Assembly: GCF_006345805.1 (NCBI RefSeq)
Contig: NC_043010.1
Span: forward strand, 15,872,001-15,936,000
Length of the DNA: 64,000 nt
DNA from: Octopus sinensis
Taxonomy: Eukaryota
Direction of reading: 5' to 3'
The notes beneath the pieces are model-generated. The model did no database searches. It worked only from the letters and a program-made list of their open reading frames with translations, and had not been told where the DNA came from. Position numbers and translations under genes: made by a program. Numbering within the stretch: position 1 is the stretch's first letter; each line of letters opens with the position of its first letter. This document shows positions 12,779 through 24,300 of the stretch, piece after piece.

Positions 12779-14346
12779 GTTGTTATTATTTATTTATTTA
12801 TTCAGTTATATATTTGTTTATTTACCTATAAAACTTCATTTATTTCCATGCTGTATGTTATAGTAAAGTTAAGAAATCCAAATTCTGAATTCTGCTTTCT
12901 TCTCCCATAGCTTCAATTCCCAAAAATTTCATCTCTTTGTTGCATACTTTATTTTATCTTGCTTATATTATGTTTGTATCCTTGCTTTTTCCATGCTATA
13001 TGTTAAACAGTGGCTTTTGCTTTGTTTGTTTTGATATTTTACATGGCTTTACCTAGAGAATAGGGCAGCCACGATGTTTGGTCATCCGTGGTGCAAGCAC
13101 CCACCAAACCCACCCCCAACACTTGCAACAGAAGTCTTTCTCCTTGACAAAAAGTTAGTGAAGCACTAAGAGCACACAGGAATTAGATTCTCCCAAATGC
13201 CCAGGAGGCTCTCTTGAGGTTGAAGATAGTTTCTGTTACCTAGGTGACCAAATTAGCAATGGTGGAGGATGCTCTGAAAGTATTGTCTCTAGAATAAGAA
13301 TAGGGTGGAGGAAGTTCAGAGAGCCAGTGGCACTTAATAAGCACCCAGCACACACTGTTAAGTGGTTGGTGTTAGGAAGGGCATCCAGCTGTAGAAATTA
13401 TGCCATAACAGACAGTTGGAGTCTGGGTAGCTCCCTGCTAACCAGCTCTATGTCAAACCGTCCAACCCATGCCAACATGAAAAGCAGATGTTAAATGATA
13501 ATGATGATGATGACATACATACATATTCTCCTTTTTCTTGTTTCAGTCATTTGACTGTGGCTATGCTGGAGCACTGCCTTTAATACATCATCATCGTTTA
13601 ATATCTGTCTTCCATACTGGCATGAGCTGGCCAGACAGAAGACTTCCGTAACTGTTTTGGCAGGATTTTTACAGCTGGATGCCCTTCCTAACACCAACCA
13701 CTCACCTGAGTGGACTGAGTGCTTTTTATGTGGCACAAGCACAGGTGAGGTCAGTTTTGGCAAGGTTTTTACAGTTGGATGCCCTTCTAAATGCCAAATA
13801 CTTTACATTGTGGACTGGGTGCTTTTAAGTGACACCTGCACTGACAAGGTCACTAAGTACTTACAAGACAAAAAGAAAAAAAAAACTCTTTTGAGAGGGG
13901 AGGGGCATTGGTGGAGGTGATCTTGGGTCGGATGATGAAAGGTTATAGTGAGACAGAGAGACAGAAACAGGTGTCTTGCTGCAGAGGAGATACAAAGTTA
14001 CCTGGCTGGAGAGAGAGAGAGAGAGATCAGTAATGAAGACAGAAAGAGGTGCACTGCCACAAAGGAAATATATGATTAGGCAACCTGAGGGAAGTGAAGG
14101 AGAAGGATAGAGAGAGAGAGGGAGACAGCAGGATAGAGATGGTAGCAAAGTGATGGGCACACTCACAAGGGACAAGGATCAGAATATAAATGGGATGACT
14201 GAGTAAAGAAGAAAGAGCTATAGACAGTGGGAAGTGCCACTGTAATCCCTTGAGGTTTGAATGCTACAAGTGGCAGGATATTGTGAAGAAAGCATGATTA
14301 AAGCGTGCGGAGGGGGTGAGTGGCGAAAATCTGGGTATGTATAGAT

Positions 14347-14872
14347 TCAGGGGACTATTGGATAGCAATGATACAGAGGAACAGGGCTGTGAGGACAGGA
14401 TTGGGAAGTGAAAGGTAGGCATAGTGTAAGAAGGAGGAAATGTGAAGAAGAGAAGAGATGTAGATTGGTTTGTTGGGGTAGGGTGTGTGAAAAGATTTGC
14501 TATGTGTTGTTGGAACCCACAGGTCAGGGGCTGGCGGAGAGCAATGATACAGTGGGATGGGGCTGTGAGGACAGGATTGGGGAGCGAAAGGTAGGCATAA
14601 TGTATGAAGGAGGAAATGTGAAGAAGAGAAGAGATGTAGATTGGTTTGTTGGGGTAGGGTGTGTGAAAAGATTTGCTATGTGTGGTTGGAACCCACAGGT
14701 CAGGGGCTGACGGAGAGCAATGATACAGTGGGACGGGGCCAAGAGGACAGGATTGGGGGTGGGGGTGGGAGGTAAGCATTGTGCATGAAAGAGGAAATGT
14801 GAGTAAGAGAAGATATGTAGTTTGGTTTTTTGTGGTAGGGTGTGTGAGAAGTTTTCTTAAGTGTGGGTGGGA
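14347..14872. repeat. ~3 diverged tandem copies of a 176-bp purine-rich unit
   Basis: AGCAATGATACAG at 14364, 14540 and 14716. Confidence 0.85.
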
Positions 14873-14899
14873 CACAGTGCTTTTAGAACTCAGTTTCGC

Positions 14900-15790
14900 T
14901 GATGTGGACAGGTCTTCTCAAGAACTTCATGTTGCCAGACATCTCATCATTTCCTCTGTGAGGTCCAACTTCCTGAGATCGGTCCTTACCACTTCAGCTC
15001 ATGTCTTCCTGGGTCTCCCTCTTCCATGGGTACCATCCACTTTCAGTGATCAGCACTTCTTTCTGCAGCTGTCCTCATTCATACGCATCACATGTCCAAA
15101 CCAATATCGTCTTCTCTCTTGCTTGCTCCATTTGATTCCTCTTATGCTCAACTTTTCTCTCAATACATTCGCACTTTGCTGTACGTGTGCACATCAAATG
15201 GCGCATACTACCTTCGTTTCTCTCCAGTCTATGCATGTCTTCTGCATTCAGAGCCCATGTCTCACTACCATGGAGTATAGCCATTTGTACACAAGCATCA
15301 TATAGTCTACCTTTCATTCTGAGAGAGAGTTCTTTTGTTGCCAACAGAGGTAATAGCTCTCTGAACTTCCTCCACCCTATTCTTATTCTAGAAACAATAC
15401 TTTCAGAGCATCCTCCACCATTGCTAATTTGGTCACCTAGGTAACAGAAACTATCTTCAACCTCAAGAGAGCCTCCTGGGCATTTGGGAGAATCTAATTC
15501 CTCTGTGCTCTTAGTGATTATTGTTCCTGCACATCTGCCACATACAAAGATGACTTTATCTGTTAATCTACCTGTGATTCCACTGAATCTCTTCTCTTTA
15601 CACTGGCTACAACAAATGGAATTTATTCCAGCCCCTTTCCTACATACTGAGCAGGGCCATTTACCTGATTGAGAGTTTTATCTTCTTTCTTACTAACAAC
15701 CAGTTTTGTCTTTGCTAGGTTAACTTTAAGGTCCTTTGATTCCAGGTTTTGTTTCTATACCTGGAATTTCTTTTCCAATTCTGCTAATAC
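14900..15790 (-). mobile_element. RTE LINE relic (RT C-terminal region)
   Basis: KGRLYDACVQMAILHGSETWALNAEDMHRLERNE; frameshifted. Confidence 0.85.
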
Positions 15791-15833
15791 ATACATACAT
15801 ACATATATATATATATATACACACACTTTATTA

Positions 15834-15950
15834 ATAAAGCTGCAACAACATCACAAAAACTTACTCAGTTTCACGTTCCTGTTCATTGGACTGACGAAGG
15901 AGAATGTGAAACTCTGAGTAGCAGCTTTTGTGATGTCTTTGCAGCTTTAT
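15834..15950. repeat. Imperfect inverted repeat of a hammerhead-like pLTR fragment
   Basis: Arms ATAAAGCTGCA..ACATCACAAAA..TACTCAG..TTTCAC and GTGAAA..CTGAGTA..TTTTGTGATGT..TGCAGCTTTAT. The right arm holds CTGACGA...GAAACTCTGAGTA. Confidence 0.6.
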
Positions 15951-16192
15951 CAGTATAGCATATTACACTACCTCTGGTATTCAAGTACTATTTTTTCCAC
16001 CTTGTTTCACATTTATGTCCTTACTCTGGTATATATTTATATATGTATATGCACACACACACACACCTGCATATATGTATACATATAAATATGTTGTGTG
16101 TGTGTGTGTGTGCATGTGTGTATTTGTATAATTTGTGGCACTTGAACTTGACAAAAAATTATGTTTTCTCTTCTCTGCCATTTCTTTTGCAG

Positions 16193-16284
16193 AAGATAAT
16201 GAAGACGACATAGCTCCTACATACAAAGTTGTTAAAGCCCTTTTTGATTTTAAAGGAATAGCTGAAGATGAGCTGTCATTTGAG
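16193..16284 (+). CDS. Internal exon, N-terminal half of the second SH3 domain
   Basis: ttttgcag acceptor and GAG|gtaagt donor. Phase-1 start matches the previous exon. Translates (E)DNEDDIAPTYKVVKALFDFKGIAEDELSFE. Confidence 0.9.
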
Positions 16285-16394
16285 GTAAGTGTTTATGGAC
16301 GGGGTAAGGGTTATGGAAGGGCAGGGAAAAAGTTATTCATAGGTTTGGATATGATTTAAATATCAATGAGACAAGTGACCCAGCTATAAATATA

Positions 16395-16803
16395 GGATCT
16401 TTTCGGTTTGAACGGCAGTTTTTTCTAGCGGTGTCATATGAAATTGTCACCCATAATTATGACCCTACAATCGATCTATTGCATTTCAATCTGTTTTAGG
16501 GTTAGGGGTGGGGGAAGGTATCTTTTTTTCTTCAGAAATGTAAATAAACCCAATCTGTTTCTTAAACAAGGGACATATTCATACGGCACAGAATGTTTTT
16601 TACCTCAATAGACGTCATCGATTGGTTGAAATTGCAGAAATTGAAGACAAAAAACAGCAAATATCTTGCAAACTATAGAATTTTCTCAATAAAACCAAGA
16701 GAAAAAGATGTTTTATAAACACATTCTACCAGTATACGAAGTTTAAAAGTGTTTAGTTACGTGGAAATTATGTTAAAAACTGCCGTTCAAACCGAAAAGA
16801 TCC
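16395..16803. mobile_element. ~410-bp MITE with GGATCTTTTCGGTTTGAACGGCAGTTTT TIRs and 8-bp TSD
   Basis: ~28-bp TIRs; TSD TAAATATA on both sides; internal TTAGGG/G-rich tract. Confidence 0.9.
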
Positions 16804-16947
16804 TAAATATATATTTGTACATATGTATACTGTATATAATTCATCATCCCTATTTCACTGTTATTATTGGTTTGACAAGTTCTGTAATACAACCATCTCC
16901 TTACAATTCAGCTTTCGATGTGTCTTCCTCATCATCATCATTTAACA

Positions 16948-17850
16948 TCTGAGTTAGGGGTAGATGAATGGCTTGTGAAAGTAGTACAAATCATGAGAAG
17001 GGGTGTTGTTAGTAAAGTAAGAATTAGCCATGAGTACAGTGGTGAATTTAGTGTACAGGTAGGTGTTGTTGAGGACTTGGTACTCAGCCCATTTCAATTC
17101 ATCATCATCCTCCAGGCCATTACAGAAGAATTTAAGACTGGAAGCCCATGGGAACAACTATATACTGATAATCTTGTTCTCATAGCAGGAACTATAACAA
17201 AACTAGAAAAGAAATTCCAGGTGTGGAAACAAAACCTGCAATCAAAAGTTAACTTAGCAAAGACCAAGGTCTTAGAAGCAAGAAATCAGACAGGACCTGT
17301 CACCCTTCTAGTAAATGGCCTTCCTCAATCTGTAGGAAGGGTGTGCAGAAATTCCATTCGGTGTACCCAGTGCAAGCTATGGCCACACAAGAGGTGCAAT
17401 GGAATAGTAAGAAGGTTAACAGAAAGTAGTATTTGTATGTGGAAAGTGTATGGGAGCCATAAAGACCACAGGTACATGGGAAACTGATTTTCTCAAATGT
17501 CCTGGAGGCTACCTAGGTAGACTAATTAGCAGTGCAAGAGGATGTATCGAAAGTGTAATTGCTAGAATAAGAATAGGATGGAGAAAGTTCAGAGAGTTTT
17601 TACCTCAGTTGGCAACCAAAGGTCTCTCTCTCTCTGAGTGAAGGGAAAATTGTAAGATACATGTGTTGGAACTGCAATGCTACATGGTAGTGAAATGTGT
17701 GCCCTGAATGTGGAGGACAAGCAAAGGCTGGAGAGAAATGAAGCTGGTATGCTCCACTTGATGTACAATGACAGTGTGCATGAGTGACAGAGCACTGACA
17801 ATGGTACATTGAGAGAAAAGTGAGGCATAAGAGGAATTATATGCAGATGT
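16948..17850 (+). mobile_element. RTE LINE relic (RT core)
   Basis: FSVQVGV..VLSPFQFIIILQAITEEF..WEQLYTDNLVLIA (degenerate YADD); stops and frameshifts. Confidence 0.85.
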
Positions 17851-18467
17851 GTGTGTGTGTGTATATATATATATATTTAAAAATAAGGATTAAATCTTTA
17901 TAAGATATTATCAGCAGTTAGCGTGAAAAACCTTGTAAGAGAAAAAATCTGTAAATTTTTCCACTTTGAAAATATTTATTTATACAATATAGAGGGTACT
18001 ATTATTCACAGGTACCGCACGCTAGGAGGGACTTTTGCAGTCAAAACTACTAAAATAAACAAATTGTACCGAATGCAAAACTTCAAAGCAAGTCATTTAA
18101 AAACAGAATTTAGTTACATATCACCTGTGATTTTGCAATCAATGAAGAATATGCATTCACGGGGCCTGTGAAGCCAGATGGCTGCACTAGGCTCCAGTCT
18201 GATCTGGCAGTGTTTCTACAGCTGGATGCCCTTCCTAACGTCAACCACTCCGTGAGTGTAGTGGGTGCTTTTTATGTGGCACAGGTGCCAGGGGAGGCTG
18301 GCAGCAGCCACGATCGGTTGGTGCTTTTTACGTGCCACCGGCACAAACATACTTCCATGCTGTTCTCGCTTTACTTTTACTTTTTATCTATAGCCTTTGA
18401 TTTGCGTGGATTCTTAACTCCTTTTCAACTAAAATATGATACATACATTTTCTTCTTTTTTTCCTAG

Positions 18468-18593
18468 GCTGGTGATCTGATTTTCTGTCTTGGTGAAGTG
18501 AAGAGCTGTCCCGGCTGGAGTCAAGGAACTCTCAATTCTCAGACTGGAATTTTTCCAACTAATTTTGTATCAGCCCCTATTTCAAACCCCTGA
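18468..18593 (+). CDS. Terminal exon, C-terminal half of the second SH3 domain, with stop codon
   Basis: ttttttcctag acceptor, phase 0. Translates AGDLIFCLGEVKSCPGWSQGTLNSQTGIFPTNFVSAPISNP*. TGA at 18591-18593. AATAAA follows at 18670-18675. Confidence 0.9.
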   Translation, partial: AGDLIFCLGEVKSCPGWSQGTLNSQTGIFPTNFVSAPISNP

Positions 18594-19034
18594 TACAACT
18601 TTTTTCCTTTGTGACCCCTACATACTCAAAGAGAAAAGACTTATAAAGAATTATACACTTCCCTCTCCCAATAAAATTCTAATGATCAATAGAATGAAAT
18701 TACTAGACACATGCACTCACACACACACATATTATGAACTGGCAGCTTAGAATTTATTATTCTACAGTAAGTGACCTTTTTGTCTTTTTGTGTATGTTTT
18801 TTTTTTTTACTAAATTTTTCTTTGTCTTCCATTCATTATTTTTTTCTTTTTTCTCTGTATTCTTAACCTTAGAATCCTGCAGTTAAGATTCATCACACAA
18901 ACACCCTTCTTCACCCTCTACTTTTGTGTATCTTTTTTTTTTGTCCTTTATTCTATTTCCTTTTCTTTTTTATTTTGTAGCCTTTTTACTTTTGCACCCT
19001 TTCTCTCTATCTCACTCTTGCTCTGATATACATA

Positions 19035-19087
<53 letters not shown>

Positions 19088-19116
19088 TCTAGTATCAGCA
19101 TCAAGCAGTGTTTTGG

Positions 19117-19672
19117 CATAAGTGAACTTTAGGTTAGTTAAAATATGTTTGTGACATATTTCAACCTTTAAAGGCAAATTTACTGCAATCACCATGGATA
19201 AAAAAGTTGTCTTCTGGTAAAAAGATATAGACACTCCATATTTATCCAATGCTATCTCCTGTTGGATTCTCCAGATGTGTTTCTAGCTCTTTAGCCATTA
19301 TCAATGGTAAATACCAAAGAGAGGCAACTCTGGACAGACTTAATTAAAGCCATAGCTTTTGCTGAATTTCTTCCAACCTGGTGGTCTAATAACACAACCC
19401 AGTCAATGCTGTTGATTGCCGTTTTTGTTAAAGCTGCAGCTTTAATTATGTATGTCCAGAGTTGCCTCTCTTTGGTATTTTCCATTGATAATGGTGTAAC
19501 AGCCAGAAATGCATCTGGAAATCTGACATTAGGCAGCACTGGCAGATATGGTATCTTTACACCTTTTATCATAAGAGAGAATTTTTTCTCCATGGTAACT
19601 GCAGTGCATTTGCCTTTAGAAGTCGAAATATGTCAAACATATTTTACCTCACCTAAATTTCTCATTTATATG
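19117..19672. repeat. Long imperfect inverted repeat (foldback element), ~240-bp arms
   Basis: CCATTATCAATGG..ACCAAAGAGAGGCAACTCTGGACA is mirrored by TGTCCAGAGTTGCCTCTCTTTGGT..CCATTGATAATGG; the outer arms also pair. Confidence 0.88.
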
Positions 19673-19980
19673 TAGGTTTTACTTTTACTATTCCTCTTTC
19701 TTTTATATTTCCTTCTTCCTTCTCCATCTCTACAATAGCTGCTCCCGTGTCTATGGTTCACCTTTATAATTCTCACCTACTTCACTATAATAAATAAATA
19801 GCCCCTCCCACCTTCTCTGATTACACTTAAGCTTCACAATTTGTTAGGATTGATTCTCATTTCTCTTCTACTCTGTTGTTGACATATTCTATAAAAGTAT
19901 TATACAGAATATGGAATTTAAAATATTTAAATAAAAAATATAAACAAAAATGGTAGTCTTTGTTATTTTGAAATTTATAT

Positions 19981-20416
19981 TAATGGTTAGCCATATTGGG
20001 ATGGCAAATATACCTCACATTGTCATGCAGTTACTGTTTATACCTTGTTCAGAGATTTATTATTGCTTGCATACAGTTTTTCAAGATCAGTGACGAAAAG
20101 TTACTGGAAAAATGATATAAATAGTTGCATTGGGACCCCTTTCATCGAAAACTGGTGATTGTCGTATGCTGATGACAGGTCAATACCTAGAAACTGCAGT
20201 CCGTGCGTATCACTTAGGTTGACGAGGGAAGGATGACCTCACTTTGCAAATACCGATAGGGCACAGAAAGTGTGCCTGTAGCCAGCTGGAGGCGATGGTC
20301 TCCTGGGGCTACAAGCTACAGTAACACCCACCCTTAGTGGTTAGCCATATTGAGATGGCAAATATACCTCACATTGTCGTGCAGTTACTGTTTATACCTC
20401 GTTCAGAGATTTATTA
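19981..20416 (+). mobile_element. Retrozyme-like non-coding retroelement (354-nt monomer plus partial repeat)
   Basis: An ~82-nt direct repeat (19984-20065 and 20338-20419) gives a period of 354. TSD TTGAAATTTATAT at 19968-19980 and 20417-20429. Contains a hammerhead core and several hairpins; no ORF in the track. Confidence 0.8.
20154..20214 (+). ncRNA. Type I hammerhead ribozyme
   Basis: Core CTGATGA 20169-20175; stem II AGGT-caat-ACCT with a C.A closing mismatch; GAAA 20190-20193; palindromic stem III ACTGCAGT; GUC site with predicted cut after 20201; stem I CGTATG/CGTGCG, then an internal loop, then GGTGAT/ATCACT. Confidence 0.82.
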
Positions 20417-20994
20417 TTGAAATTTATATCGTTCTTCAAAAATTTCATTTTGCAATTAAGTTTTCGTAAAAAGAAATTTAAGAAAAATGTTTTTCACTCA
20501 CTTTATCAAATTTCAAATGTGAATTTCAAAATGTTTATTTTCCCATCTTCACCACCATATTCTGTTACTCTGACTCTCTTGTTTCCATTTATTTAGCATT
20601 TAGGAATTTCTAAGGAAATATTTGAGATATTTCATTTTAGAAAATAGAAACATTCTGAGCAATAATTAAATCCCCTTCAAATTACACCCTACCATTTAAA
20701 AAAAAAGAATATACATGATCTCCACAAAGGAAAATGTTGGGATGGTCACAGATGAAATGTCTTTGCTCATAAGTCTGTTGAATCAGAACTGACTTGAGTT
20801 AAACAATTTTTTCAACCTTCAGTATATGCCTCCCCTAATTTGTTTTCATCACAAATATCCATTCTTCTTCTTTAGTCTTAAAAACCAGACTTAGTGAATC
20901 CCTTTTCTCTACTGTAGTTTCAACCACACATGAATATGTCACAATGTATTTTATGTGTGTCAATGTTGTGTGCATGGGTGTGTGTGTTGTAGTT

Positions 20995-22380
20995 GAACCT
21001 CTAGTATAATTAGAAAAGCAGTTCCTGGTTTGGAAGCAAACCTGAAATCAAAGAGTCTTAAAGTCAACTTAGCAAAGAAAGCAATGAAACTGACAGAATG
21101 CTGCTCCCTTCAGGAAAATGGTTCGGATCTTTTAGGTTTGAATGGCAGTTTTTCTAGCGGTGTCATATGAAATTGTCACCCATAATTATGACCCTAGTAT
21201 CGATCTATTGCATTTCAATCTTTTAGGGTGAGGGAAGGGTATCTTTTTTTCTTCACAAATGTAAATAAACCCAATCTGTTTCTTAAACGAGGGACATATT
21301 TATATGGCACAGAATGCTTTTTAACTCAATAGACGTCACTGATTGGTTGAAATTGAAGAAAAAAACAACAAATATAGAATTTTCTCAATAAAGCCAAGAG
21401 AAAAAGATGTTTCATAAACACATTCTACCAGTATACGAAGTTTGAAATTTTTTAGTTACCTAGAAATTATGTTAAAAACTGCCGTTCAAACCGAAAAGAT
21501 CCAATGGTTCTGTTCAATATGTAGAAAATGTGGACATAGGAATTCTCTGCAGTGTACCAAGTGCAAGATATGGACACACAAGATGTGCAGAGGAGTCACT
21601 GGAAAGTTAATGGACAAAGTAACAGTTGTTTCATCAACCTAATTAGCAGTAGGTGTGGATGTTCTGAAAATATAGTTGCTAGAATAAGAACATTGTGCCA
21701 ATTGAAAGTTCAGTGAGCTATTGCCTCTGTTAGTAACAAAAGTTCTCTCTCTGAGTGAGAGGCCGATTGTGCAATACTTAGATGTGGACAGCAAGTCCTT
21801 GAATGCAAAGACTAGAAAAGAATGAAGCTTGAATGTTTTACTAGATGTGCAAATGTGTTGAGAGAAAAATTGCACATAAAAAATTGGATGTAGCGTAGAA
21901 GAGAGAAGACTGTTAGTATGGTTGTATGATACTTATGGATGAGAACAGCTGCATAAAGAAGTGCCAATTTATTTCTTATTGCCCACAAGGGGCTAAACAT
22001 AGAGGGAACAAACAAGGACAGACAAAGGGATTAAGTCGATGACATCGACCCCAGTGTGTAACTGGTACTTTATTTATCGACCCCGAAAGGATGAAAGGTA
22101 GAGTCGACCTCGGCGGAATTTGAACTCAGAACATAAAGACAGACGAAATACCGCTTAGCATTTCGACCGGTGTGCTAACGTTTCTGCCAGTTCACCGCCT
22201 AAAGAAGTGCCAGTTGTTAAATGTAAATGGAACCTGTGGAAGAGGACCTATGATGATGTGGGATGTAAAATAGTGAAGACTGACTTCCAGGTGTTGAGCC
22301 TCACAGAGGAGATGACGTAGGACTTAGACGATTGGGAATATGCTGTGCTTGAGAAGATCCATCCATCTCAGCAAAAATGG
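20995..22380 (+). mobile_element. Degraded RTE relic with nested MITE and SINE
   Basis: Homologous to 17200-17850; contains CSICRKC..NSLQCTKCKIWTHKMC. Confidence 0.7.
21125..21502. mobile_element. GGATC-TIR MITE inserted in an RTE relic
   Basis: TSD AATGGTTC on both sides. Confidence 0.9.
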
Positions 22381-22759
22381 GATCCTAAAAACATTGTTTA
22401 TGACTGTGCCCCAACACCATATCTATCCCTGTTAAACCTTCCCCACATTTTTTCTCTAAATTTCAGTCCAAGGACTGCGACCATGCTGGGGCACCAACGT
22501 TTACTTTACTTCACTAAACCTCCTCTGATATGTGACATTTAGTGGATGAGGGAATTTGATGCTGCTGCCCTCATCTGTATTTCTTGCCTAAAGGTAGGTT
22601 CATCCAGAACTCTTGACAGGAGATGTAGTTTTCTTTCGGAAAAGCCTACATCCACACCATTCAGGTCTCTGACTTTGTGGGGGGATATTGAAGCGCTGTG
22701 GGCCTTTGAAGCCCAAGTAGTTGTATCTGGTCCTGTATCCTGATGGCAATGTTGGGACC

Positions 22760-24020
22760 TTTGGTACCATGAGAGTAGTGCCCCATCCTGCTATTTGTGT
22801 AAATGACAGTGCCAAAGTTTGCAACAAGTTTTTCTAGGATTTTCCAGATGTATATTACTGCATATCTTTCCCCGCCTTCACTCCAGGAAGAAGAGTCTTA
22901 ACTCTTTCAGTTTCTCCCAGTAGCTGATCTGTCCCATTGTATTGATGTTCCTTGTGTCGCTTCACTGGATCACCTTCAGTTTTGACATTAAGTCTACAAT
23001 GTTTGGTGACCACAGTTGCAAGTAGTAATCCAGATGGTTGAGAACGAAAGTCCTCAGGGGACCATCATAATTTCTTTTTCTTTTGTTTTGAAAGTTTGAA
23101 GGATCCACCTGGCCAGATGTCAACAATTTATTGCCAACTTGATAATGTGCACCTGGAAAGATGCATCATTACCCATGTCAATGCCCAAAGTCATGCACTG
23201 ATTTTGATTTGGGGATTGGAATTTCTCCTGGACCAGTGTATCCTATCTGTTTTTCATTGATCTTCCTGTGTTGGTAGTGCACGGTTTGGAATTTTCCAGC
23301 ATTAAACTGCGTGTTATTTTCCTCAGCCTACCTTATATATTGGGGCCAACTCACATTGCAGATGCACATCTCCAGGGTTCCATATTCTCTGAGGGACTTT
23401 TGTATCGTCTGCATAGCTAGCAACAATAGCTGCTTGAGCAGTTGAGGACGTGTCAGAGAGGGCCACTATGAATAACAGTGGCTCCAGGACAGTGCTCTGT
23501 GGACCACTCGTTATTTGTGTTTTCTTGAATGTGGCCCCATTGATCACCACTGCCTGACTTTTATCTTTTAGAAAGTCATATAGCCATTCTCCAAGATTTC
23601 AGAGCTTGTGACAAATCCTACCATGGTTGACTTCGTCAAAGATTTTTGCAAAGTCCAATTATATTACGTCCACATTTAACCCTATAGTGTTTAAACCGGC
23701 CATATCTGGCCTAAATATTCTACATGTTTTATATTCAAACTGGCCATATCTAGCCTCTCACACCTAACCTACAGTGACATTCTAAAAATAAACAATCATA
23801 TCATTGAAACCTCAAAGCTATAACATAATGCATGACTAATTCAAAACAATTTGAGTGAAAAAGTATTACATTTAATAGAGAAATTTGAACACCAAAGGGT
23901 TTACTTGTTGAGCAGCTGCTTTGGCACCCAGTCATAATGATGCAAGAGCTGTGTGAGGCAGCTTCTACCTAGTTGAAAACCATGCTGGGTGTCATTTAGC
24001 AAGTCATTCTCTTCAAGGAG
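22760..24020 (-). mobile_element. CR1-like RT relic
   Basis: QHGFQLGRSCLTQLLHHYD; SGPQSTVLEPLLFIV..YADDTK. Confidence 0.8.
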
Positions 24021-24030
24021 TACTGAAGGA

Positions 24031-24300
24031 TGGTGCATAAACAAGGCAATGGCATACAATGGCAAGACAGTATGTACCTTGGATGAGTGGACAGGTGAAA
24101 ACTGGCAAGAAATCAAGGAGGAGAAATGCTCATCAGTGCTCTACTAAAATGCTCAATTAGAATATGGAAGCTCAGTTAATAACATAGATGTTAAGATATT
24201 ATCGACACATAGAACAGACATGACGCTCAGACAGATTATGGAGGCCACACACATGGTAGTAGGTAGACCAAGCCTCAACTGAAAGCATAAATGGAATAGT
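24031..24300 (+). pseudogene. Degenerate GIY-YIG endonuclease C-terminus of a Penelope-like element
   Basis: One frame with two stops: WCINKAMAYNGKTVCTLDEWTGENWQEIKEEKCSSVLY*NAQLEY...VKILSTHRTDMTLRQIMEATHMVVGRPSLN*KHKW. This fits the PLE pattern YxGxT..L..R..EH / RxIxEA..I...PxLN. Confidence 0.65.
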
